Both the position numbers and the translations under genes were made by a program. From the NCBI GenBank assembly GCA_000442015.1, contig KE561200.1:62001-96851 (forward strand): DNA of 34,851 nt. Reading direction: 5' to 3'. The notes beneath the pieces were generated by a model. The model made no database searches and was not told the DNA's origin. It saw only the letters and a program-made list of their open reading frames with translations. Every line of letters begins with the position of its first letter. Positions within the stretch are counted from its first letter, which is position 1. Positions 1 to 11,125 of this stretch are shown piece by piece. This DNA is from Rozella allomycis CSF55. Taxonomy: Eukaryota.

Positions 1-3000
1 AACCAAACCCCATCCATTGACATTCCTTATAGTTAGTTTATGTAGAATCTGTTCAAGTAAATCAGAAACTGTTGTCAATGAACCAACAGCATATTTTTGT
101 GATGATGCGTCCATTGTTTTAATGCAAACAAGAGTTCTTTCATTCTTTATTATTTGTGAAATTTCCAATTCATTTAGAATAAACTTTCTGTTGCCTTTGC
201 CAGTCAATTCTTTAAAATATTCTTCAACTGTATTATTTTTACGTTCAATTAGAAATGATAAAACATATTTATTCATATTCTATTGATATATAATAAAATT
301 GTTACTTTTGGCGGCAAGATGCAATTACACATGCTTGAAAGTATATCCCACAAATGTAGTTCGTAATTGTTAGATTTATCTATAGGTGTATTATTCAATT
401 GCTTAATTAATTGAAAATAAACTTCTTCAGACAAATCTGGATTTTCATGAATCAATTGCAAGAGCTTATTTATAGAAATCAAATAATCATCGACATTTTT
501 AGTTTCACAAATTTTATTTATTAATTTAAATGTTTCAATAGCCAAATTCTTTATTTTAGAACATGAAATTGTTAAACTGTTATCAATAGACTTTGAATAC
601 GTTAAAATAGATTGAATGGCTTTTATTTTAGCATCCATGTCGTATTCATTCACGCCTTGAATCAAAAGAGATTTTTCAGCGTATAAATAGATTGGATAAT
701 TTTCTACAAATTCTTTGTTTTTAATTTCTCTCTTTTCAATTTCATCTTGAGTTTGCTGTTGAACAGAAGAATTATTTAAATGAAGGCCTTTAATTTGTGC
801 TTCCTGTTGAGCATTGGAAATAATATTTGGTTGCAATTCAATTTCAGCCTCAATGGCCTCTTTAAATATTTTTGGCTCTGATGAAATTTCAGTTAATTTA
901 ACATCAACAGATTGTTTATCTTCTTCTTGATGTTTTTGTTTTTGTTCATCAACCACAAAGTCATCCAGAAATGAGAAAATATTGGCCACCTCATTAACCA
1001 AATTGGATTCCATTTTAATTGAATCATTTTGAAAAAGTTCAGGCAACTCATCAATATCATTTCTAAATTGTGTATCATTTGCGGTATTTGTCACGTCAAT
1101 GTTTGAATATTGCTTCCTAATCGCATTGGTCAACTTGAATTGCTGTAATTTATCCATTTTACCGCTTTTATATGCTTTTCTTCCGACGCAACTAAATTGT
1201 TTTCGTTGATTGGCTCATTTTGTTTCCTATTTGGAAATCCTAGTCGAACCCTTGTATAGTGACCCCGGTAAACTTGCTATGAATAAAATTATCTTTTTAC
1301 TTGACTGAATTTTAACAATTGCTTTCTTTTTTATTAAAAATCCTCTATAGCCCAAAAACTTGAGACATTCTAAAACAATGTCATGAAGCTACGCTTACCA
1401 TTTTGAAGGCTACGCATTGCAGAAATCGCTTTACTTCTTTGTCTTACTTTGAGAACAGTTCTAACCCATCCACCAATTCTACTTGAAGCTTCATTCTCAA
1501 TTTCATTTGATACTTGTTCCAATCTAAGATACTTTATAATCGTAAGTGAATTTAACTACACATTCAGTTTTTAGAAATATCTTTGTCTTTCCAATTGCCA
1601 ACTTTTCAGGCAATTTGAATTTAAAANTTAATTCTTGAAAATCGTTGGTGTTTGATTGAATAAACAAGGGATGATATCATTTTAGATTTAATGTATTTTG
1701 ATTACCTTGAACGAAATTCAGCAACAGTGAAACGATAGGGATATCCCAATTTTCTTATTTGAATTGTTTCCATCATCCCAGAGTATCTCATTTGATCTTT
1801 TGAATATTTGGACTTTATTTTACCAATAACCATCTCTGGATTAAATTCGAATGCTTTCTTTTCACTATTTGGCTTAATGCAGCGAATGTAGTGAGGAGTT
1901 GTTGACTTTAAGATATCAACAAGAGAATAAAGCTGAGACTTGAAACTGGACCCACAGCTAGACTTTTTACTTGAAACATTTAAACTTTCATTTAAGCTTT
2001 CATTAAAAATTTCTTTTACAAATTGATTCTTTTTCTATCAAGAATGTTTCTTACTGATGAATTTTCGAAAATAGAAAACAATTCTTCATCAACGGCGTCT
2101 TTATTCTTTTCCAAGAAACTTTCCACTTGATAGAAAACTTCTCCAGCGTAATGAAAAACTCCAAATTGATTCTTTAAAGTTTTTGGTTTTAAAAATCTAT
2201 TTTTATTTCCCAATGATTCTGTAAGTTTTAACAAGAAACTCTCATCTGTTCCCTTGGGAAATTTACACTCTTCATCCAACAATGCCAAAATTCCTTCTTT
2301 ATAATAGATNATGCCAAAATTCCTTTTTTATAATAGATTTAATTTAATACCCATTTTCCCTTCAATCACATCAAGACTTGGCTGGTTGTCGTTAAATGAA
2401 ATTTCTGTCCAATCTAATCCTTCTTGTTGGTATTGTTCTTGTTCAAGTTTAAAAATGAAAAGATTAAAAAATTGTTGCAGTTTTTCATTGGCGTAATTAA
2501 TACACAATTGTTCAAAACTATTAATCTTTTAATTAACGACTTCACAAAATACCTGAAAGTTTTCAAACCCAAAAATGTCCAAAATGCCAATGTATTTGTC
2601 ATCCATTTGTTCACTACTGGTTGAACTATTAATCACATCAACTAGATGCTGAAACAATTGATTGTAAATAAACTTTGCAATTGAATCTCTATTATCCCAA
2701 ATCTTTTAATTTATTCAAATTTAAAATACTTGAATTTCCTTTATTGGTATGAAAGTAGTTTCTCCCCTAACATTCATCTTCTTAAACAACAAAACCCTCT
2801 TAAACTTTTCAAAATCTATTCCCATCGATATTGAGATTTTCTCAACTAAATCTTCATTCGACAACACCAAAGAATCAGATTCATCCTTTGTAAACTTTAT
2901 ATTGCCAAACAACAGAATCGACGACACAAATCTCATCAATTCAACAATCTTCTCTTCCTCAAACCCTAGAATAGTCAACGAAATCTTCAATTCAGAAAAC

Positions 3001-3777
3001 TTTTCACATTCATCAATCCCTTGCACATTCTTTGTTCCATTCTTATTTAAATACTCATAATCTTCAAATGGCAACAGCCCATACATCTCCGCTTCTTCTT
3101 TACTGCATCCAAGTAACATTTGATAGAAAATATGATAATTTCTTTCATTTTTAGCTTGCTTTGAAATTCTACTCTTTTCCAACAAATAATTTTGCATTGT
3201 CGCTCCTTTAATAACATTATTATCATCAAAATGAATCTTTATAAACTTTCCAAATCTGCTCGAATTGTGGTTTCTCACGGTTTTGGCATTCCCAAAACTT
3301 TCCAATACTATATTCGCCTCCATTATTTTTCTAGATATACTAAGACCATTAGTTCGCATTATACTGCTCAGATACTCCAAGATCAACTTTGTGGACTCTG
3401 TTTTTCCAGATCCACTCTCTCCACTGATTATCATTGACTGACATTTCCCAGTAGAAACAAGATTGTGATATGCTTCTTGAGAAAGTGCATAAATGTGCGG
3501 CGGCAAGTCTCGTATTCTTGCACTGGAGTACGCTTCGACATATTCCTTTTACAAATCAATCAAAGATTTACTCTATTGTATATCGGGAGCAGTGAATATG
3601 GGTTCAAAGCAATCAATATGGTTCCACAATACGACTATAACCAGCAAAAACAATCCTTACATAAATTTTCTGTTGACTATATCTACTTCCCAGCGCATTC
3701 AAAATTGAATCATCCGTAAGCAAAGTCAAATTTGTCATATCGTCTATATCTTCCTCATTTGATCCTGCTCCAAACAT
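1..3777 (-). CDS. Unconventional myosin with motor, IQ, MyTH4 and start of FERM domain (myosin VII/X/XXII-like); runs off the left edge; about 13 introns in window
   Basis: Spliced translation starts [17 protein letters not shown] and contains GESGSGKT (P-loop), [41 protein letters not shown] and IQ-like VKIQSIYRG. MyTH4 motif [13 protein letters not shown]...LWDILS follows, then a FERM-like segment ([14 protein letters not shown]) at the edge. Confidence 0.92.
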
Positions 3778-3855
3778 TGCACAATCCAAACAATAACACG
3801 CTTCTTGGAAACAGCAAATAGCATTTCCATTGGCATTGCCAACTTTGCGAATTTT

Positions 3856-4551
3856 ATGAAAGAAAAGATTAGAGTTTTGGTTCTAGGAGATTATGGTATC
3901 TTTTGGTTTGGTAAATAACAAAAGCATCTGGAAAGACAAGTTTGTTGGAAGCGCTTACTGGAGAAAAGCAGCGCAAGATTATGGGGTGCCAGCCCTATGT
4001 ACAGGTACGCTGTTTTAAATTTCGGTATAGATTATAGAAAAAGATTCGAATGTATTGGTCGTGGAATGGCTTGAAGTAGGGATTGATCCTACGGCCAAAT
4101 CTACGCAAAGTAAAGGCTGTGTGTTTCCTTTTGCAGAAGGTAATTTGGATTTGCGGGTGTGTTAGCCTTTGTATGTGTTCATGATTTATCCAATAGGAAA
4201 TCTTTACAGAACATGTGGAAAATTATTGCGGATGGACTGTCATTTCACCGAAGAGTGTCGTCTGCGTCTCATGAGAAGCTATTGCATATTGTAAATACTA
4301 CTGAAAAAGAGGTCTTGCCAATTCTTTTAGTTGGAACAAAGCAAGACAAGGCGAATTTTGATATACTTGTGAATAATCATTTGGAGGCCAATCTGATTGA
4401 AGAATACAAGGCACAGTCATTACATTTAACATGCAAGAATGGAATGATTGATGAATCTATGAGGAATGAAATTTATAAATTTTTGTTTAGTATTGTTAAA
4501 GATACATCCAGCCCCACATTAGTCCATAAGCGAAGAATATTTAAAGATTAG
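3856..4551 (+). CDS. Rab-like small GTPase, RABL3-like; 3 introns
   Basis: MKEKIRVLVLGDY/ASGKTSLL P-loop, then VHDLSNRKSLQN and LPILLVGTKQD, typical of RABL3. GT-AG introns of 29, 26 and 26 nt restore the frame. Confidence 0.75.
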
Positions 4552-4573
4552 AATAAATAGGATTAACAATATT

Positions 4574-6472
4574 TTATTTAATGTTTTGAGCTCCAAATAG
4601 GAGTGCAATAAATGAGTCTACAGAGCGCTGAATTTTGATATTCATGTGAATGTCTTGGTAAATATGCGAAAATGCGTACATAATCAATGGGCCAACGTTA
4701 TCATGAAAGAAATTGATATTTTTAGCCTTTTCAGCAATAAAATAGTGTTTTGAATAGTCTATAAGGCCTTCTTTGAGTTCATCAAAGTCGCGAATGGCAG
4801 CTCTTGGATTCCATAAAGCCCTCGCTGCTAGAGTGTTTAAGAATGCAGAAATAACGTAAAGATAATATTTCTTTGAAACCAAATCGAATAATTCTTTTGC
4901 GAGAGGTAAATAAATTATATCCATTTGAAGTAAATTATCGTTTAATTCTTTCTTGTAAACTTCAATTGAAGATTTGAATTTTAGTTTCTTTGAACCATTA
5001 AAAGATCCATCTTCATTAAAGTAAGATTGAAGAGAGTAAAATAATTCATCAATTTCTTTTTCTGTTATTTCATTAAATGTTGGATACTGTAGAACTATTT
5101 TTCTAAAATGATCTTTTTGAGATTGAGAAAAATCCAGATCTGTTTTGTAAATTTCCATAATAGATGCCTTTAGATAATTATCTTTCCATTCGCTTATCAT
5201 AGGCGATAATTTATTGATTAAACTATTTATTTGAGGCTGAATCGAATTTAAGTAATCTGTGGTTGATCTTAATATCAAATGAGCATCCAAGAGAACTTTT
5301 GGTTGTTCAACTTCAGCAACGTAAGGCTTTTCATCAAAATTATCTTTAGATGAATCATGAGAATTTTTAATTTGAATAAACCCATGGATTAGTTTCTTTA
5401 TTGTTTCCAAATCTGAACTTTCATTAATATGAAGCTTTAATCTCAATCCAAACAATAAATCAATGCTATTTTCAATCGCTTTATTTCTACTAAAATTTTG
5501 GATCGTTACAAAAATGTCCTGAAAAATGTCTCTAGCTATTTTTATTGCTTCCTCTTTGCTAAACTTGAGCATTGATTGTTCAAGTGCACAAGCCACAATA
5601 TACTCTTTAGGTATCAATGTATTAAAAAATGATGGTATTTTATTTCCTGTATGTTTAATCACCCTTTCAAAATGTTTTTGCAGCATTGAAAAGAAGATTA
5701 TATAATCTTCAGGTTGATTATACAATGGCCCAAATATATTATGTTTAAGCCAATCTAATACAGCATGCTTTTTAGCTCTAATCAAATCAGCTGAAACAAC
5801 AGAATACAAATTAAAACTTGTCTCACTCATTGAAGGATAATATTTTGAAAGTTTCTTTTCCATTTCTTCTAATGATAAAATTCTTCCATTTTCTTCGATC
5901 AAAGTCTTTAGTTTTGCCCACAGGATTGGAATATGCTCATTGTATGGTAAAATCCTCATTTCAAGCAAACATGGGTCATTCAATCCTGGTGTTGCAACAG
6001 TCGCCTCTTGATGAACTTTTTCAATTATTTCTGCAGGCTTTAATGCAAGCAAATCATTCTTTAATGATATTTGTTCCCTTACTCGCCTCAAAATAGTTCC
6101 AACCAAACAATTCTGACATTTCACCACGGCATAATGCTCTAATGTGCTTTGAACATATTTTTTATATTTTGGATCAGGATATTGTACTTGATGTTTTGCA
6201 ACTATAGCTTCATACCCTTCAGATACAATCCCAATAGTCGTATGTGACTCTTGTGATGTTTCAAATTCATTGAATATACTCTCAAGCATTTCAAAAGACC
6301 AATCTACTTGCTCTTGGTTCATGATAAAACCTTTTGTTTGCTCTTTTTTGGACTTTTCATGTAAATGTCCCTTGTCTCTTGGCGGTGTAGGCAGGTTTTT
6401 CAATGTTGCATAAACATCTTTGCAAATAACAAGCACTAATATAAAAATTGATAGCTTGCTATAAAATATCAT
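4574..6472 (-). CDS. Intronless 632-aa hypothetical protein with predicted signal peptide
   Basis: 1.9-kb uninterrupted ORF. The N-terminus MIFYSKLSIFILVLVICKDVYA looks like a cleavable signal peptide. No family recognised. Confidence 0.8.
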   Translation of the reverse strand: MIFYSKLSIFILVLVICKDVYATLKNLPTPPRDKGHLHEKSKKEQTKGFIMNQEQVDWSFEMLESIFNEFETSQESHTTIGIVSEGYEAIVAKHQVQYPDPKYKKYVQSTLEHYAVVKCQNCLVGTILRRVREQISLKNDLLALKPAEIIEKVHQEATVATPGLNDPCLLEMRILPYNEHIPILWAKLKTLIEENGRILSLEEMEKKLSKYYPSMSETSFNLYSVVSADLIRAKKHAVLDWLKHNIFGPLYNQPEDYIIFFSMLQKHFERVIKHTGNKIPSFFNTLIPKEYIVACALEQSMLKFSKEEAIKIARDIFQDIFVTIQNFSRNKAIENSIDLLFGLRLKLHINESSDLETIKKLIHGFIQIKNSHDSSKDNFDEKPYVAEVEQPKVLLDAHLILRSTTDYLNSIQPQINSLINKLSPMISEWKDNYLKASIMEIYKTDLDFSQSQKDHFRKIVLQYPTFNEITEKEIDELFYSLQSYFNEDGSFNGSKKLKFKSSIEVYKKELNDNLLQMDIIYLPLAKELFDLVSKKYYLYVISAFLNTLAARALWNPRAAIRDFDELKEGLIDYSKHYFIAEKAKNINFFHDNVGPLIMYAFSHIYQDIHMNIKIQRSVDSFIALLFGAQNIK

Positions 6473-6556
6473 CTTCTATAAACAAGCCCTGCCTTTTAAG
6501 GAAGAAAACTCTGCCACATGAAAGCGTGATCCGAAATTTATGAAACCAGTATTAAA

Positions 6557-7625
6557 CTATTTATTAAATTTCGTATTATAACTATTGGTCAAGTTTAAAT
6601 AAGTCGACATTGCAATCTGGGTAAAAAAGAATAACAATTTACATTTGTGACATCACATGCATTAATTTTCAAGATTTTTTCAATTTCGTTTTTATTTTCC
6701 ATCCATCTTGAATACTCTAACCTTATAGGTCGAAAATATTCAATCAATGACTCTGCTACAATATCTTTAAATTTGTCATATCTATTAAGATTTTCATATT
6801 CTAATTCAATCGACTGCAAATCCATTTCTTTAATGCCTCCTAGAATGGTCATCAAATTTGAAACACCGGACATTTTTACAGGATCATACAATATTTTCGT
6901 TCCAATATCAGTTTTCGCTCTCTTTACAGTTTCACGAATTGAATCTGGAGAATCTGTAATGAAAATACATCCATTCTTTGACTTGTCGGATTTTGACATT
7001 TTGCTAACCGGATCCTGAAGACTCTTAACCTTGGCAATCTCGGCTAACATTAAATCTTCATATATTTACATAAAATCGCTTCAGGAACAGGCAAATAATC
7101 TGGGGCTTCTAAAAATTGTCTGCATTTATTGGCTAATTTTCTAGTCAAAACCATATGCTGCGTTTGATCCTCGCCAATTGGAACATGAGTTGCTCGATAC
7201 GCGAGTATATCAGCTGCTTGTAGTATAGGGTATGTGAATAACCCCACATTGCCAACGTTACCCGATTTCAGCTTTTCTTTCCATTGAATCATTTGATTTA
7301 ATTCATTTACAGATAGCAGACAACTTAAAAACCAACTCAAGTTTGCGTGCACCAAATTATGCGATTGTACGAAAAGACTCTTTTGAGGAATTCCACATGC
7401 AAGTAATGTAGCTGCAGCTTCTATGATGAAATATTGAGAATATTTGTTTGATGTATAAGCATGTAAATCCATAATGCCAAAATAAAAGTTGTCTGTAGTT
7501 TTTGCCAACTTGACTGAATTTTTTATCACACCGAGATAATTCCCCAGGTGCATTTTTCCGGTAGGTTGACTAGACATTATCTTTAATGATACTTACATTC
7601 CGGTCAAAATTCGTTTCGCTTGCAT
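6557..7625 (-). CDS. MSW1: Tryptophanyl-tRNA synthetase, bacterial/mitochondrial type; 3 introns
   Basis: MQAKRILTGI/QPTGKMHLGNYLG (HIGH-type motif), GLFTYPILQAADIL, VPIGEDQTQH, KMSKS. Confidence 0.93.
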
Positions 7626-7883
7626 AAATTGCCAAGAAGAAAATTCGGAGATCGGGTATGAAAATTCCAGCAAATAGGATAATGCTTAATGAGAAAAGGC
7701 TATAAAGATTAATGAAATCGGTAGCATAGAATATAGATTTTGCGAACCCTTACTTGGTGATTCAATACTATGAGACTTGGAAAATTGGAAATAGTCACTC
7801 GAAAATATGACTTTCCTCCAATTATACATAATTGAAATAAAAAAGACTAGTTTGTCTGGTTAATCCAGACTTTTCCAAAATTG

Positions 7884-9051
7884 ATGACTGATTCTGTAAA
7901 TACCAATCATTATTGAAGATTAGCGTTCATTAGCCAGGAAAAATATCAAAAAAGGATTAAACTTTACAATTATGACTGTTGGTCATAGTGGATTGGGAAA
8001 AACAACCTTTGTTAACACATTGTTGGAGACTACAGTTATTCCTAAAAAGGAGATCCCAGACGGCTATCATTCATCTCTGCCTAAAGAAATTGACATTCAG
8101 ACATACACTTTAGGTAAATAGCATAAAATATAACCCATTAGATATCGATGAAGGTGGGAACAAGATATCCGTCTCAATTGTTGACACACCGGGATTTGGT
8201 GATTCTTTAAACAACACTGACAGGTACATTGCATCATTTATTTCTTTGAAAGCCCACAGAAACTAATGGAGTATTTGGAAACTCAGTTTGATGAATTTTT
8301 GGCCGAGGAAACACGCATCAAGAGGAATCCGAAATCTGAAGATAAAAGAGTTCACGTTATTCTTTATTTTATATCTCCATTTGGACATTCGTAAAATGAA
8401 ATGATGATATAGAGATAGATTGAAAGAAATTGATATTCAAACAATGAAACTTTTGTCCAAGAGAGCAAATATCATCCCTGTAATCGCAAAAGCTGACGGG
8501 CTCAATGCAACTGAATTGCAACATTATAAGAGAAGAGTAACTGATTAATCAGGTTATTACAGATCATGGAAGACATCAGAAAGTTTCAGATCCCAATTTA
8601 CGATTTTCCGTTTGATCCAGAAGAGGACGATGCTGAGTTTATCAAGTTGAGTTTAGAAATGAGGGTAAATTATAAGCATTAGTAATGATAGAATTGTTTA
8701 CCATTTGCATTGATAGGTGCTGATCATGAAATGGTAGAGAATGGTCGTCGCAAAAGAGGTAGAATGTACCCATGGGGTTTTGTCGATGGTAATTGCATGA
8801 TTATTTTTTATTAAAGTCGATAATCCAAAACATTCTGACTTTTCAAAGCTAAAGAAAGTATTACTCAAGTAATTAAAATACAACATCGATAAAGTACCAA
8901 TCTAAATGACTTGAAGGAAATAACGCAACTAATTTTGTATGAAAACTATAGAACAGAAAAGTTGAGCGAAGGAATGTAATATTTGTTAAACAAAATCAAT
9001 AGGGAAATGGAGGAAGGACAGCAAGTTCCCGAAGCTGAAGTGTCTGCCTAA
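7884..9051 (+). CDS. CDC11: Septin, Cdc11/Spn3-like; 9 introns of 26-29 nt (absent from the ORF track)
   Basis: Spliced translation: KKGLNFTIMTVGHSGLGKTTFVNTL, IVDTPGFGD, EETRIKRNPKSEDKRVHVILYFI, NIIPVIAKAD, GRMYPWG, HSDF, LYENYRTEKL. Subgroup assigned from the RIKRNP and FPFDPEEDD motifs. Confidence 0.9.
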
Positions 9052-9101
9052 ATGTTAATAAAAATGATTTCTTGAATAATATATTAAACAATGTCATGTA
9101 A

Positions 9102-11025
9102 ATGGTTTTAATGAATGTTGGGGACCCCTGCAATCTCTCGTATTCTATGCTTGAATGTAATCTTGACCCTCGTCTTCCAGTTCATGCCAAGACAAAGGAG
9201 AAAATAGTGATGGTGCCAGTACCACAAATTAAAATGGATGAATATTTTTTCGAATGGCTGTTTTCTACCGACGCAATACAATTATTGGAAGACAACAACA
9301 ATTTTGATACCCAAACAGACGAAATAGAAGCTATAGAAAATAATAATAAACTGGAAGATCATCCCCCGATGTCGCCTAGATTGAAGAGAACTACAGAGTT
9401 GTTGTCATCAGATGTGAAGAGACTGAGTATCCTAGGTAAGAAGAGATTATTTGAATGATAAAGAAGAAAATAGTTTGATAGGAGAAAAGTGCTCCTTTGA
9501 AACCGACAAGGACAAAACAAAAACGATAGACCGTTTCCATTTTCCGTTTGGAAAGCCCATCCCTGAATACGAAAAGAAGAATCGATTAAGAATTATTTTG
9601 GTATGCAATTGATATGCGATTAACAAAGCATGCTGCGAGAGAGAGATTTCCAGATCATGGATTGTCATGCNATTTCCAGACCATGGATTGTCATGCTCTG
9701 AGTTTGCCGCCATTACAAAAATCTGCAACTTGCCAATGTATTTAAATCAGTGTTTATTTAAGAAAATGGAGAGTAATGAAAATGCAAAAGTGAAGTATAT
9801 GCGATTTGCAAAGTAGAAAAATACAAAGATTGTGTTTTAGAGTATATAAAGATTTGTATATGAAATATCATGATGAAGTTTCATTAATATTTGGGATAAT
9901 AAAAAATGACAATAATAAATATTTTACGCGCGATGATTTGGTTCCCTTGATTTCTGAAATTTTGGAAAAACATGCTGGGTTAAAATTTCTGGAGCAATTG
10001 CCAATGTTTCAAGAGAGATATAGTAATTATGTATGATTTGATTGATTTCTGTGGAGACTGTGATTTGTAGAATATTTTTTACGATTAACAAATCATGGAA
10101 TGGAAAGATAACGTTGAATGAGTTTAAGAGCAGCAATTTTGTGCAGATATTGAAAAAGTTGGAACAATATGATGATATAAATGAAGTAAAATTAAAATAT
10201 GAAATTAATGAAAGTGTCGTGATTATTTTAGTTATAAACATTTTTATGTAATTTATTGTAAATTTTGGGAATTGGATTCTGATCATGATTTGAAGATTAA
10301 TAGAGAAGCGTTACTTAAATATGATAATTATGCGCTTTCATCGAAAATAGCAGAGAGAATTGTTGCAGGGTATGGACTAGGAAAGAGCAAGAATGAAGTA
10401 ATGGAATATTCAGATTTTGTTTGTAAAATGAAAATAAATAAAATAAAGGGTTTTTGTTGGCAGAAGAAGATAAAGAGAATCCAAGGAGTATTGAGTATTG
10501 GTTTCGATGCATGGATCTTGATGGCGATGGAATCATTTCTATTTATGAAATGGATTATTTCTTTAAAGAGCAACAAAGAAAGATGGAAATGATGCAAGTT
10601 GAGTCAATTAATTTTCTAGATTGCATTTGTCAAATGTAAATCTTTTTTTTCATTTTTATAGATTTGATTCAGTGGCACCTCAGATACCCCTGCAATTGAA
10701 ATTGAAAGATTTGAAGAAAAGCAAAATAGCGCCACTATTTTTTGATATGTTTTTTAATTTTAGTAAATTTATAGCACATGAGCAGCATGAAGCATCGTGG
10801 GATGTAATGGCAGATAAAGAAATGAGGTAAATCAAATCTATTTGTTTAATTAGTTTGTGGGATAAATTTGCTGAAGAAGAATATGACAAGATGACGTTAA
10901 ATGACGACAATGAAGTTTCTCAAGGGTCTTCTGGAAATCCTTCTGTGGATGATTTTGCAATCTATGAAGGGCTTTGCGTTAATCGAAACTTTAATGAAGA
11001 TGATAAAAACATGACAAATCTTTAA
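9102..11025 (+). CDS. Protein phosphatase 2A regulatory subunit B'' (PR72/PR130 family, EF-hand); about 8 introns; true start may be ATG at 9210
   Basis: [91 protein letters not shown]. Confidence 0.92.
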
Positions 11026-11055
11026 TAAACTATTTTAAAAATCAACTAGATCTCA

Positions 11056-11082
11056 AAATAGATCAAATAGATCAAATAGATC
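11056..11082. repeat. Short tandem repeat (AAATAGATC)x3 between two convergent 3' ends
   Basis: aaatagatc aaatagatc aaatagatc seen directly. Confidence 0.8.
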
Positions 11083-11125
11083 ACAAATCACTCTGTACAA
11101 ATTATAAATTGTGCTATTTATTAAT

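Noticed and set aside
3896-3924. U12-like donor GTATCTTT in RABL3 intron 1 (and GTATCTTC at 29611)
   Set aside because: Imperfect match to RTATCCTT, no U12 branch motif, and the same size as neighbouring introns.
9646-9696. Apparent tandem duplications/frameshifts suggesting pseudogenes (also near 2310 and 25692)
   Set aside because: Each flanks a single N and collapses to an intact frame, so they are assembly artefacts.
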